Origin: Paecilomyces variotii | Lineage: Eukaryota | DNA length: 64,000 bases | Reading direction: 5' to 3' (one strand) | Assembly (NCBI GenBank): GCA_004022145.1 | Contig: RCNU01000003.1 | Shown: piece by piece, positions 49,001 through 62,634 of the stretch | Position numbering within the stretch: the stretch's first letter is position 1 | Layout: each line of letters starts with the position of its first letter | Program-made: the position numbers and the translations under genes | Notes under the pieces: model-generated | Told to the model about the DNA's origin: nothing | Database searches by the model: none | The model's input: only the letters and a program-made list of their open reading frames with translations

Positions 49001-49754
49001 GTTGCTCGCCTGGACTGCTCTCCGCCCTTCCCCTAGACTAGACTAGGTAGACTAGACTAGGGATGTGATACTACTACCGAGACGGCCAGAATCCGTAGTT
49101 CGCGATCGATCGAGCTGATGAGTGTTTGCCCCGTCGAGAGAATAATAATGATAATAATCCAGCAGTTGATAGTAGATAGAGTATTGAAACAGTTCTGTAT
49201 CGAGTGGTTATTATTAGTGATTCGATGGCTAGTCTGCTCTCATTCCTTCGTTCTCTCATTCTCACCACTGCAGGGTCCCGGGCCATCCGACGGTACGATC
49301 AGGGCGAGTTCCAGCCCAGGAGCGTGGAGACTGGAGCAACGCGTTAGACGAGTAAGTAGTAGACTAGACTAACTCGATAGACTAACTTAGAGAGAGCGAG
49401 ACTCGTTTTTCATTAATTGATTTATTAGTTAATCCTGCTGAAATCCGCCCTGCACAGCCCAGGATGCGAACTAGTCGAAACCGCCGCCAAGAACGCCCAC
49501 CGCCTGCCGTGTCCAGATCTCGCCCTTCGCCTCCTCCCGTTTTTCTTTCCCCCAAAAATCCTCCTTTCCTTCTTCGCCGACCTTACCCAAACCTCTCCAA
49601 ACGCGTTACTCGATTCGGCCTGCTCCTCCCCCCAAAGCATCATTCCTCTTTAGGCACTTGATTCTCTTCAGAGAGCATCCCATTCACCTCTCCAGACCAC
49701 TTGCATCCACTGTTTGTCCGGGGATACCTTCTTTTTAAATCCTCCTTCGACACC

Positions 49755-50678
49755 ATGGCTGATATCACCGCCGTCGCCCCCGACGAGAACCCGTCCCCGA
49801 CACAGGACGAGCTGCAGCAGCCCGGCAATGGAGCCGCTGACAACCGCGGCACCAAGCGCGCTCGTCCCAGCGCTGCTGCTGAAGACGACGATGATGATGA
49901 AGACAAGCCCGGTCGCGAGCGCAGGAAGATCGAAATCAAGTTCATCCAGGATAAATCGCGTCGCCACATCACCTTCTCCAAGCGGAAGGCCGGTATCATG
50001 AAGAAGGTGCGTCGCGTCTCCGTCGCCCGTCCCTCCCTACCCTACCTTACCCTTCCCCAAATATAAAAACAGAAAGAAAGAAAAAAAAAGGAAGAAAAAG
50101 ACCAAACCACATTGAGGATGCGAGAGGGGCGAGGGGTTCACTTTCCTTTATTTTCTGATCTACGATGAAGTGCGAAAAGCTGACACGGTTGGGTGCAGGC
50201 ATACGAACTCTCAGTGCTCACAGGTACGCAAGTGCTATTGCTGGTCGTGTCGGAGACTGGCCTGGTCTATACCTTCACTACCCCCAAGTTGCAACCCCTC
50301 GTTACGAAGGCAGAGGGCAAGAATCTCATTCAGGTACGTTCGACTCCCGCGTCCAGAACGCGATTCCGTTCCTGAGCTGACCTTTCCGCCCTGCAGGCCT
50401 GTCTCAATGCGCCCGAACCCGCCGGTAACGAGAACGGCGTCGATGCGCCTGATGTGCCCGCGGAGTCGCCCGAGGATGTCAGCCATAGCAATGCCAACCC
50501 GCCGCAGCCAGGGATGCCGCGTCCCGGTGGCATGCACCCAGGCTACCTGACCAACGAGCAGCAGCAGCAGATGGCCTACTACCAGAATCTGCAGCAGCAG
50601 CAACAACAGGCTGGCGGACAGTACGCGGGGATGCCCGTGGGGGGCAGGATGCCGCCGCAGCATCAACCGACGGCGTAA
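49755..50678 (+). CDS. mcmA: MADS-box (SRF-type) transcription factor Mcm1 (introns 50007-50198, 50334-50396)
   Basis: RERRKIEIKFIQDKSRRHITFSKRKAGIMKK|AYELSVLTGTQVLLLVVSETGLVYTFTTPKLQPLVTKAEGKNLIQ|ACLNAP; Q-rich tail. Confidence 0.97.
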
Positions 50679-51962
50679 TATATACGCAGTACCGGCCGGT
50701 GTAGGGACCTGCTGCTGAACGCTGTAATGTGGACGATGGCTCTTGTCCGGTTTTGTCTCTCGATGCCCCCCCATTTTCACCCTCGACTGATACCCTGCAC
50801 GATATTGTCCACCTGAGCGATTCTCGCCGGAATGCGAGCTCTTGTATCTTTATATTCAGTACCTTTTCCTGCAATGGACCCTGTCTGGCCCTGTTGACAT
50901 GTCGAATACCTGTTCAAGCCGGGGCCATGGGGGAGGAAAAGCAGCGAGAATAAAAAGACCAAAAAAAAACTACTATAAAAAGATGGAACGAAAAGAATCT
51001 CGAATCCGACCGAAAAGACGACGGCTGAACGAGTACGCCTTGATGTTTCCCGGTCTTAGCTTTCGACAGGCTCTTTTTTGTCTTGAGTTTTTTTCTTCTC
51101 ATCTCCTAGATACGGTGTGGAGGTGTGGGTGTTCCTGGTGCATTTCTGTGGCGGAACGGGTGCTATTTGCCTGTTTTTCTCTTTTTTTGAACCGATTAAC
51201 TCCATGTCAACTAATTTACTGCTAGTTTTATCACGTTTCTTTTCTTTTCTGACCTTCCTTTCCCGTTTCTGCCTCTTCTATTTTCTTCTCTAATGTCTGC
51301 CTTGCTTGCTTTTTCTTGTCTCTTAAGGCTCTTCCCTCTGCTTGTTTCCATCGTCTCTTATTCCATATTCTTAATCGGGTGTCTTCCGCTGGTTTGTCGA
51401 CGAACTGGTAAGAATTGTCTCAATCTATACGGTAGCGATGAGACGGATGTCAGAACGGTGGGAATAACATGTCCAAGAGAGAACGGCTTGCCATGAATTA
51501 CTGGGAATGCTGCTAGGGTTTAGTATGGTACGGAAGAAAAAGACAAAAATCATCCGGAGCTTTATGCTTTTTGCTCTCAAAGAAGAGAAAAAAAAAAGAG
51601 CCCCCGACTTGGTCGTATGGAATTATTCTTTTTTCTCTTGATTACACATGAATCTTATGATCTCCCCTCGATGGTTCCGGAGTAGTAGTATGTTCTGTTT
51701 ACTGTACGTAGGTAAATACGATCGATCCGTGACTCATTATTATTGTAGGTAAGTTAGAGTTGGATTCGTAGCGCCTTCTCTGGGACCGCTTCCCAAGTTG
51801 AGTAAAGTCCAGTCCGCAATCGCGAGTCCAGAGTCCAAGACGGCTGTTGACTGGGAACTTTATTTCTTTTAGAGTCTAGTACATAAGATTATTTAATTGT
51901 TTCGGGTTGTTATCCGCTCTTGTGCCCAGGTAATAACCAATTCTGCCATTACAGGCTACGAG

Positions 51963-51996
51963 TACTACTACTGCTACTACTACTACTACTACTACT
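51963..51996. repeat. (CTA/TAC)n microsatellite
   Basis: tactactactgctactactactactactactact. Confidence 0.85.
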
Positions 51997-52308
51997 CTAC
52001 CTTTAATTTCATTTATCTGAACAAGTGGATATGTAAACGATTCCGGTCTGATCCGTGATAGTTAGGTATACGCATAGCTAAACTGTACTTGCGCTCGTGC
52101 TTCTCCAATCCTGCGCTGTGCCTTGGAGATTAACCAAAAGCAGACCTGAGCGCCTGATATGAAACGAAGATAGGAAGAAAAAGCGTAATCTAAGCCAGAA
52201 GATAAGAAAAAAGAAATGGTGGAAGATGCAATAACCAAAAAAAGGAGAAAAAAAAAGAGTTGATGTCTAGTTGTATATAAATACAGTACAAAACGAAAAG
52301 TCCAAGAA

Positions 52309-54331
52309 TCATACGTGGTTGGATCCGTTAATTTGGTGGTGGTGGTGAGGACTGTCTTGGTCCGTAGAGAGGTCATGGCCGTCGTCCGGATGGGCTTCGT
52401 TCTGGTCGACGGGCGAGTAGCGGCTACCAGACCGCATGCCTGTCCATCGTCGTAGGTAGTTCACTCCTGTGAGCCAGCTACGGGTGAGGGGGTTGCGACG
52501 CGGACTGGTTATACTAGGGGTTCGGGGTACGTCCTGCGTGCCGTATTCCATAATTGCTCGGTGGCTGAGGCCAGCACCAACATCGGTCTGGTGAAGGTTG
52601 TCTCCGACGATTAGGGGCGCAGATGTGTGTCTCAAGGCAGAGTGTTGCAGTCGACGCGGATCCCACGTTCGCGACCGACCGACGGGTCTGAGATGCTGAT
52701 TGCGGATCTTCCTGAGAGGCGACCCTTCAGCGGCTTCCTCGCTCGCCAGGGCTCGTCTGATTCCTAATGCGGATCCTAACGAGAGCGTATTGCTCTTGCT
52801 ACGACGTCGACTTTGAAGAGAAGACCGAGGCACGGTGCCGGGAACATCTGCGTCGCCGAGGTTGACATCATCCTCAGAGTCATCCAGTTCCGCCCAGATT
52901 TGAGCAGACTCGACACTGTATGTAGAACCGCGGTTCCGAACGGAAGATGCCAAAGGCAGGCTGTGAACTCGTTGATGCGAAGAGCGCTGTTGTTGTTGCT
53001 GTTGCTGTTGCTGGAAGAGGAGTGGTTCCCGCTCTCCCACTCGGGCCTCTTCATCATCTAGCAGCAACGGCCCAGCGCGCTTAGGTGCATGCTCCTCCAC
53101 AATACCTAATCCTGGTCCCAGTGCGGTCTGCGCAGGACCAACGACAGTGACGCCAGTATGAGCGTCCAGATCCTCCAGTCTCCATGAGAGACAGAGCACT
53201 CCAGCTAGGAGAATCACCGTGCCCAGCGCTATAAGGCCAGCATGCATGCCGGTCAGCTGGGAAACTTGGCGGAAGTATATTAGACCGTCCAGAATGGCGA
53301 TGATGTTGTATATGCAAAAGACGAACGGATAGAGGACGCTTGTGCTGCAGAGTTTCAGACCGCGATGCATAAAATAGAGCTGCGTCAATGCTAAAGCAAT
53401 CATTCCTATTAGGATGACCCATGACTGCCAGCGGTTGAACTGATTAGAGCGGTCGACGATAGTGCGGACGAGCAGTTCGACAGCCGACTTTGCCAGGAGC
53501 AGGCTATGTGCCGACAAGACCCCGCTCACGAATCCAAAACACAGCCCACGAATGAGCTTCACGCGAGGGGCGGATATAACGAAAGACATAGTATAGAGGA
53601 AACGCAATCTTGGGTATTTCGAACGAGTAGGAGATACGAGGAATTTGAGAAGTCGAGAACCAGCTAGGACTATAAGCATAATAATGGCGGTGCTCACCAT
53701 CCAAAGTATGAACGGCCGTCGTGACAAAAGAGCGAGTAATTGATCGAGACTGTGCGCTGGTTCGCCGATGGCGCCGAATATAGCAATCAACACTGCGCCA
53801 ATGCATACCAAAATAGTTCCCAAAAGGGAATATCTGGTAAACGGCTCCCCTAAGATCAAAGTTGCGAAAATGGTGTTAAACACGAGACCAGACTATGCCT
53901 ATCAGCCAAGGTTCACCATCTTGTATATGTAGAGATGTACACACCGCTTGTAACGTCGAGAGAACGGGTAGGGGAAGTGTAGTGATTTGGATCGTGCTCC
54001 CAACGATGTTCGATACAACGAACAGTAGCATGCCCAGCTAACGGTACATCAGCATCCATCCATCCACTCAACCAAAAGATTCTGTTTTGCTTACCTGCCA
54101 TCGCCGTCGTTTGTATGGAGGTCTGTGTAAGTCATAAGGGGCTTTTTCGTCTTCGAGGATATGTGACTTTCGCTGGAGGGTAAGCCCGATGGCTTGGAAG
54201 CTGGTCGAGATCAACCCGACAATCACTCCAATCTAGCCCTGGGGGTCAGTCCAGCTGCAACGATATCTAACAGAGAATCCGCTACTCACCGCGACACTCC
54301 CCTCCGGCGACAGGTCACCGAATAAACCCAT
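52309..54331 (-). CDS. NIPA/DUF803 (Mg2+ transporter-like, DMT superfamily) membrane protein, 4 exons
   Basis: Spliced MGLFGDLSPEGSVA|IGVIVGLISTSFQAIGLTLQRKSH..PYKRRRWQ|LGMLLFVVSNIVGSTIQITTLPLPVLSTLQA..|..FNTIFATLILGEPF, QLYFMHRGLKLCSTSVLYPFVFCIYN; long disordered tail. Confidence 0.85.
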
Positions 54332-54898
54332 TTCTAGTATCCTCCTGCATCTGTGGTGCGAAGGAAGCGGAGTAGGCAGCACATTTAATTGATCTGCCGC
54401 GGGGTATTACCTGGACACCACGGCAGACATGGTCATCAGATGTAGAATAAATAAACAAGGACTGACTAGGCTGTACTACAGCACAGAATAAAGATGGCAG
54501 CAGTGGAACGGTCGATGGTGGGTTGTTAAACAAACGAACTGACCTCATATCGCGTTCGGCCAGGCGACGTTCCTGAGCGCAGCCATGACCCGCCGTTGCC
54601 CGCTTAGCGTCCGCGCTCCTCAGGCGGATCCGTCGACCTGAAGCTGGCTGGAACCGCCAGCGTCAACGACACTGCCAGACATCATCGCTCGCAACCAGAG
54701 GTGTGTAGATTCCCTCGTCGGGCATTCTGCTCCATTTCTTGTAGCTTGGACAGCAATCTAATCTCTACTCACAGGACTACCTGCTTCGGGAAGCTTGTTT
54801 AGCCCAACGGTTCTCCCCACATCCCTCGACTCGACCTCCCCCATCTCTACCCCAGTGCTATCGCCGAAAGAAAGAAGAAGGTCTCAGATACCGGCAAA

Positions 54899-55706
54899 AT
54901 GTCGCAGAATCATGCCTTGTCCGATGACCAGGTATGCGCACCCCTGTTCTGGCGTCCATATCGTGGAATTAACCGTACCGGATAGGTTGCGGGCGAGCTC
55001 CGCAAGATGACGGCCTTCATCCGTCAGGAGGCTCTCGAGAAGGCTCGTGAGATCGAGTTGAAGGCCGACGAGGAGTTCGCCATTGAGAAGTCAAAGCTCG
55101 TCCGCCAGGAGACGGCCAACATCGACACCCTGTACGAGAAGAAGTTCAAGCAGGCCTCCATGTCCCAGCAGATCACCCGCTCTACGCTCGCGAACCGTAC
55201 CCGTCTCCGCGTCCTCTCCGCTCGTCAGGAGCTGCTCGATGATCTCTTTGAGCGTGCCCGTCAAAAGGTCGCTGACGTCTCCACCGGCGACGAGAGCAAG
55301 TACCAGGAAATCCTGAAGGGGCTGGTCCTCGAGGGTCTCTACTACCTGAATGAGGAGAAGGTGTCTGTTCGCGCCAGGGAGAAGGATTACGACAGTGTGA
55401 AGAAGGCCATTGAGAAAGCGTCAGAGGAGTTCAAGGAGAAGGTTGGCAAGGATGTGACTGTCGAGGTGGACGAGGAGGAGCCGCTCCCCGAGGGATCGTA
55501 AGTGCTTCGCATATCAGTCACAAGTGGTACATGGCTGCTAACATTTGGACTACAGCGCCGGTGGTGTCGTTATTGTCAGTGGTGCCGGAAATATCGACAT
55601 CAACAACACATTCGAGGAGCGTCTAAGACTGCTGGAGATCGATGCTCTTCCCGCTGTCCGACAGACGCTCTTCGGCAGGAACGAGAACCGGAAGTTCTTC
55701 GATTAG
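54899..55706 (+). CDS. VMA4: V-type H+-ATPase V1 subunit E (introns 54932-54986, 55498-55555)
   Basis: MSQNHALSDDQ|VAGELRKMTAFIRQEALEKAREIELKADEEFAIEKSKLVRQE..|AGGV..IDINNTFEERLRLLEIDALPAVRQTLFGRNENRKFFD*. Confidence 0.96.
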
Positions 55707-56056
55707 GCGCCATCACCTGTATTTAAGTCTCTTCTTGGTCCACGCTATTGCATTGCTGTTTCCGCATTTGTCTCTTTTGTTCCGTCTTCCCGCCTGTCGG
55801 ACGTTGCCCTGTCGCGTCTCTACCTAGTGGCCATATAGCAGCAGGCCCGTGTATTCTGCAGCGATCTCTTTCGTATGACAATTGGAATCTCAGATATATG
55901 AGGGGCAATCATCACTGTACATTTTTCATCATTATCATTCGTCATGATTTATATATTACACTGTCAATAACCGCCTTATGATGGCGTGCTTAATCGCTAA
56001 GACGTAGACTAGAAATGAAACCAGCTAGACCTGATGTCACGCTTTCAAAAACGGTA

Positions 56057-58442
56057 TTACTCTCCCTTTCCTTCGTCATTTTTAGACGACAGGAACCTAT
56101 CCATAAGAGAACCACTACGGCCGATGCCGCCCCAGTCATCCAGACCGGAAGAACCGAAGAATGACTTCTTCGGAGGGGGCTTTGATCGAACTGAGTATAC
56201 AATCCGATAATGTAGGGCTTCGAGACGCTCTTTTGTCTCAGTCCGCTTGAGGTGAGATGCCCCAGAGTCCTCGATAGAAGTGAATATCTTCTTGACACGG
56301 TCAGCTAGAGCGTCGACTTCCGCGTTGAATTTTGCTTCTGCCTCCTTGTCTGCGAATTTCGGTGTAGACCGCCCAGAATCAATGGCGACGTTCAGAAGAG
56401 ACGTTATGGCGCCTAGTTCCCAGTAGTCATAGTCTTGATTCTTGCCTTTGTGCAGCTTCACGTCGAAGCGCTTCTCGCGAAGAACATCGGTGATTCGTCT
56501 TAAGTTGAGGACATCCTCCGGAGGTTCGTCGAGAGGAGCAGGGTCCTGCAGTAAAAATGCCGTTGCGAGTCGACACCGCCATAATGCGATCCATGACGAT
56601 GTGGGTAGCATGTGCGTCAGCAGACGGCTCTGTAATATAGCATCTTGCACTGTTTGGAAAAGTGATTTGCAGACATGGTCCATCTGGAGAGGTCAGCGAG
56701 AATGAAGCACAGCAGCAGGCCTGACTTACTATGCTGTCCCCACTATCTTTAGGGAGGCCCTCGAGAGATGCTGTGATTGCTCTTTCGAGCTCAGAGCAGA
56801 CAACACTGTCTTTCGTGACGGATGAGTCAATAGATAACCGGAATAAGAGAAGTAGTATTCTTTCCCGCGTGTCATCAGCGAATCTATGTCGATATTAGCG
56901 TGTCTTCTGCAAAGACAATAGGAGCGATAATACAGTTCCGCTGCGCCCCGCAATAGGTCCAGCACAGATATGAGAAACTTCCAGTCCCGTGATGAGTCGT
57001 CTGGAAAGTTGAACGGTCAGCACACGTATTCCAATTAAGGTGGATACAGTCTGCGGGGACTCACTGTATAGCTGAGCTTCGGGGGTAGCTGGTTCAGAGA
57101 ACGCGAGCGCTGCTGGCCGAGCGCCTAGTGTCCGAAAAAGGTCGTCAATATCATCAGGGCGTACCAGGGACGAGATCCGCTTCTGAGAAGTGAGCTTTGG
57201 TTGGGTCAGCACAAGCATCTATATCGAGGATTAGATATTGGGCAAATGACCTTCAGCGCTCTCGAATAAGCATATCGCAAGTCATCTCGTGGTTCCGACG
57301 GTACTGAGAGCAAATCAGCACGGCCCCAATAATCTCGTATACACCGAAGCACGGACCGGATCTCAGTAGCCAAATCACTAACTCGTCCGGTAGAAGTCCT
57401 CTACTAAGACTCATCTCGATGATGCCGGAATGAAACGCCCGTTCGCGGGAATCAGGTTCTGTAGCCCGTCAGAACCATAAAGCATTCAGGACCCGAATAT
57501 GTACCAACCTCGTAATGCCGCTTGTCTCGTTCCTGGTAGTATTGAGTCGCGTGGGAACTTTGGAGGCGACGGTATTGGTATCTCTTTCTCGAAGAATGAC
57601 CATATCTTTTCCTGATCGAATGCTTCCGTTCTCCGAACAGCGTCAAGGAGACGCTGGAGCCCAGGTTTATCATCACCTTCACCCACGGCTGATGCCAAAA
57701 CATCCTCGTGAATGCCCATATTTCGATCTCCATCATGTGCAGCAAGAGAGTCACTAGCCCTGCTGGCTTTTTTGGAACTATCGAAAGCAGATTTGATCTT
57801 AGCCACTCCAGCTTCCGTCTCATCATCATCCACCGCATCAGTTACGAGGGTATCGAGCGTATGTTTGTATTTTGGAGTCGGTATCTTTTGAGCAAAGAAA
57901 TTATCCACGGTATTCCTTTTCAGCTGACCCCGCGTCGACCGCAGGTTACGGGTTCCATCTTTGTTCATAGTTTCAGCGTCTTCTTTGGGCTCTGTAGGCG
58001 CTGAGAGCTTATTGAAGAAGTCTTCTGGAGACTCTAGTGACGCGATTGAATCTGTATCCTCTCCATCCGAATTTGTAACGATCTCCCTGCCGTTCTTGAC
58101 TATGCGCTGTGAAGAGTCGAAACTGCCGTTTATGAACGAGTCGGGAGCGGCCGATGCGCTCCGAGAAGCTTGTTGACCTGTATCATCCCCGTTTGCAGGC
58201 TGGGGTATCGAGCGGATAAGGGAGCGTTTCAATTGCGAATCAGGCCCGGAACCTGAAGACTGAGAGGGCGAGCTCTTCAACAAGAGTGACGAGGGCGGAT
58301 CGCTAAGCGGGGAGGAAGACGTGTGCACAGTGTCTTTCTGCGCTGTTTCGGGGCTTTTTGGGTCATTGTTTTGCTCCACGTTTTCTACTTGGGGAATCCG
58401 TGAGCGTTTGAAAAAATTCATTATGTTACCGGACTTGGACAT
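56057..58442 (-). CDS. Conserved multi-exon hypothetical protein, possibly Nse6/SLF2 (CANIN-domain)-like SMC5/6 loader
   Basis: Disordered S/P-rich N-terminus (IVTNSDGEDTDSIASLESPE) and helical C-terminus ending IEDSGASHLKRTETKERLEALHYRIVYSVRSKPPPKK. Several GT-AG introns join the ORF pieces. The family call is tentative. Confidence 0.7.
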
Positions 58443-60948
58443 GTCGAGCGGTCAGCATAGACAGGTGTTGGAGAGCTCCCAAGCTCCCTGCGACCCCTCC
58501 GATAGTGTTCTGCTTGATGCCTTTCAGCTGAACACGTCCGCTATGCTTGACGCGCGCTACACTTCGCGCGGTCACGTGTTTGGATTAGTCTTCTGTTGAA
58601 ATGCACTGATTTTCAGCCATCATAAGTCCTCAGAAAAGAAGATATAAGATTACTCTACACAGACAATAATGGGTCTTTGTGTATCATCTACATAATACTA
58701 GCGAACTTTTACATAGACCATCCTATGTTGTTGTTTTTTGGACCCGAGTGTCTTTTTCTGGAATACTGTAAATGCAGAACTAATCACCATTCCTATTCGG
58801 GAGTAGAAACGATTCAACTTTCTCCTGGAAGTTGTCTCATAGGGTAACTGAAAAGGGGGTTAACCGTCCTGGAAGCTTTATATTCACCGATTTGGTAGTA
58901 TTCCTTTGTATAATAATACGATCGGGATGATCAATCAAACGTATATCCGAGTTTTCTCCTGTCCTTATATATTCGGACTAGAACCCACACCAAGAATCTA
59001 ACAAGCTACTCACAGTCTACCATAACCACTTGCAGTAGTCTCAACGCATTGACAGGAACCAAAAGGACGCATGGACCTCAATCAGAATGATGCAAGATGG
59101 CGATTGACTTGGTTCTCTTTTTTTTTTAGGACATGAGTTACGACCTACTACTTCGTAGTGTCTCTGGTATTGGACCCTGGTGTACACCGTATGCAATACC
59201 TTCTCTGATAGTTACCATGGATATTGGAACGCGCTCCAAGGAGGGTTCCGTGCACAATTGTCTCATGCACTGGACACTCGAGTACTGGGACTAGTTGTAC
59301 TGAACTAACTGGTTAACGGTGCCGTGCGTTTCGACTATGTTTGACGGCCGTGGGCGCGGAGGGTATTTCCTGAAATCTCGAATCTTGAAATCTCGATTAC
59401 CTTATCGTGCTGGTGAACGGACCATGGGGTTAGGTGCGCTGTCTCAGATCGAGACCAAGAGTCCGATTGAGTGACTAGGTTGGAAGGCGAGGAGTTGAGG
59501 CTGGAAAAGAGGGCATGTCTATGGCGACCGCCTCAGGCGATCAAGTTCTAGGAAACTGTCGAGATTCCACGAAGAGAAAAGGAAGTAGGTTACAAAATCA
59601 AGCAAATCGTAGGAGTGAGCCAAACAAAAAGACGGGGAGAGAGCGAGCTTGAATACTTCAAGCGTCCGCCAAGAAATAACATCGATATTTCAAGCCTCAA
59701 AGAAGCTCGCGACCGACGGTTCAATAGTGAGAAGGCAATACGGTTATATCTCGGCATCCAGGACCAGTCTTCGAGGCATAGTACTGGAAATGGCACACAG
59801 TGTGTTTTGGGACGATCTCTCGATAACACAGAGTCATATCCAAGTACGAAGAGCATCTGAACCCCTTTTTCCCCCTTAACTAATATACCTCGCAATATCT
59901 GGGGTTTAGTGTCGATTTAGTTGACATTTTGGCTGGCTTGGCTCGCATCGTCGCGTGGGTATCCGCCCAAGTATAGTACATAGTTACACGGTTGTATCCT
60001 GCTTTCATAACGTACGAGTTTTAGTTGAGTATGGTTGGCTGGATTTGAGAGGCGGATAGCTCAGGATTATGACAACTTCCTGGCTTTAAGAAGAAGAATA
60101 ATAAGATGCATATTAAGTAGATCCGAGACCACGGACAGCGTGTTTGCTCCGAACCCGATCGTTAAGAGTAGGTAAGAGGGGTGATCGTGGAACCACCTTA
60201 AAAGTTTAATAGCAAGTTATTATGGGTCCCGATTGATTGACGACATGATTTTCGAACCAAAGAGTGGCCACCACTGCTGACCAGAATGCACAGCTATGAC
60301 TTGTATGACTATGGATACTTACTTGCATTACGGGAGTGGCGGGGTGTCTGATGGTGGGCGGCCGGGAAGCCGTAGTTTGGAGCAGCAGATCTGGTCTCGA
60401 AGAAATGATAGAGGATCATTGTTATTGTTATTGTTGTTGTTGTTGGTTGGCGTAATGTTCGCATTCGACTCCGAAAGGACCTCTGCTTGTGTTTTCCTGC
60501 CGCACAGAGGCTAAGCAGGTTGCAGCCATGCCGGAGGTTTGTCGATCTCTTCTTCCGTCCCATAGAAACCGCGTAACGGCACAGCCCATACGGCGACGGG
60601 GTTCCGCAGCCCGCGTAATGCTCAAGAGAAAGCAAGTGACGATCGTCATTATGCTCTCTGGAACTGCATCTCCGTGTCGTTGGAAGTATTGCCGGTTCAG
60701 GCATTATTTGTCGTCTACTCTATGTAAATGCTGACGTAGCGGTCTGCCCTGCGGGAGTCGAACGATCCGCAGAATGCACGATGCGTTCAACTCTTCGAGG
60801 TAATAATAATAGCTCATGGTCAAGGCTGTACGCCCTAGCAACGCGGAGGGCCAACATCGCGAGTTGCGCCGCAAGCTTATTTTTGGAATTGCTGTAGAGC
60901 TGCAGGTGAGCATTCAGCCGCCGTTGCTAAGCTTGAAGGCGAAGTCAA

Positions 60949-60983
60949 ACAATTATAATAATAATGATAATAATAATAATAAT
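60949..60983. repeat. (AAT)n microsatellite
   Basis: aattataatAATAATGATAATAATAATAATAAT. Confidence 0.85.
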
Positions 60984-62634
60984 AGAATTAGCACGGGACC
61001 AAAGCGAGTATTAATTTAATTATTACCAGGCACAAGAAGCGACTCCGCGTCTCCCAATTCGATAATAATAATGACTGTTCCCGTCCGTTTTTCTCCATCG
61101 GCGAACGGGAATGTTAATAGGCGGAAGCGAGGAGTGCCGTGTCAATAGACGGTGGGGGTGATGCCGAGGGCCCGGGGCGCCAAGCCGCAAAGCGTGGGAA
61201 GTACCATCTACCGCCTGCTAGCGGGTGAGGGCCGCGGAGAGAGAGGTGCAAGGTACCTGCAGTGGTACGGCAGTAGTTAAAAGCTCGAGTTGTGAGCATA
61301 AGTGGGGTGCGTGCACCTAAAAAGAGGCGTTTGGGCTGTCAGGAAATCGGCCTGGTTCTTTTTATCAGATACTAGATAGGGGAGCATCGATGCTAGTATA
61401 GATGCTAGTATAGAGCTAGAACCGCATCTAGTCTGTTCTTCAAGAAAAGGAAATAATAATGCTATCAGGACGTCGGAGTTTACATATCGTTCACCAAAGA
61501 CAGCGTAGTTCGACGGTCTTGTTTTCGGATTTATAAGGAGGCGGATGGGAGATAACAGGAAGCTGACAAACATCAGCAATGCCCGTCTATGGATGCAGCT
61601 GAGTTAAAAAAAAGAAGAAAAGAGACACGAGATATTATTCAACGTACAGGACAAAGTCGAGAACTGCCTATGATGATTGCCACAGCGGGCCTTCAGAAGA
61701 GATTTCTATCCCGAACCAGACATGAAGATCCCAGATCGCAGTCCAGCGAGAGGCTGGTGGTGAGCGCGCCCTGCTAACAGAGATTACCTGTTCGTAACTA
61801 GTGGTACTGGTTACGCCTCGTACGCCCGTTTCCACGGCACCTTAACGCCGGGCCCCTAAGACGGCAGTCCTGCAAATTATTCACACCGAGTAACAGATGC
61901 TAGTTCAAGCATCTGCAGCGAATCATGCCGCCTGCATCTCTGCTGGAATCCCCTTCAAGTTCCATTAATATTAGGTCCGAGCCGGAGAGCGCAGTCTGGC
62001 TGACAAACGGCCTCGTCATGATCGCGGCCCGTATGTACCTGACCGTACCGCGTAATATTACGACTTTCTTGGCCCCCGTCGCTCCCCGGGCCGCCCGCCC
62101 TACTCGCTCGGTCTGTCCAGAACTTCCCCCCCCAAAGGCCTAATGCTGTGGTCAATTCTGCCTTCTGTCATCTCATTCCGTTTCTATACTCAAGGCCCGC
62201 TCCCTTCCATAACGACCTCACCTCCCTCCTCTATCTGCACCTCAGAGCGAACTCTTGCTATCGATCTCGATGGCAATTGTCGTCCGCGGGTAATACGGTC
62301 TACTCCGTCCTCCCTGCTAACCGGGACTTCCGCATCGTGGATCGGGCCTTGTTCGTGCCGACTGCTTGGAGGCCTCGCCGTCGTGTCAGCGCATTCGCCT
62401 GTGCAGCACCATCGCAGTCTTCGCGCTCATCTCGAATAATACCCTCTCCGGTTCATTGCAGAAATATTCTTATTTTCGCCGTCTCTTTTCTCGATTCGAA
62501 AAACGGATTCGCGCGGACTGGCTGCTCGTCGTGGCCCGCCACCTTGGCGCGGATGATTTCCTCCGCATCCCTTTCGAGACAATCCTAAATTACAACCTTT
62601 TTTTATGCCCTCCTGGGTTCTGCGATAGCCTCAG

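Noticed and set aside
61925-62439. Two ATG ORFs with overlapping stop-start (TAATG) upstream of dnfA
   Set aside because: Non-protein-like composition and unknown TSS; cannot be supported as uORFs or genes.
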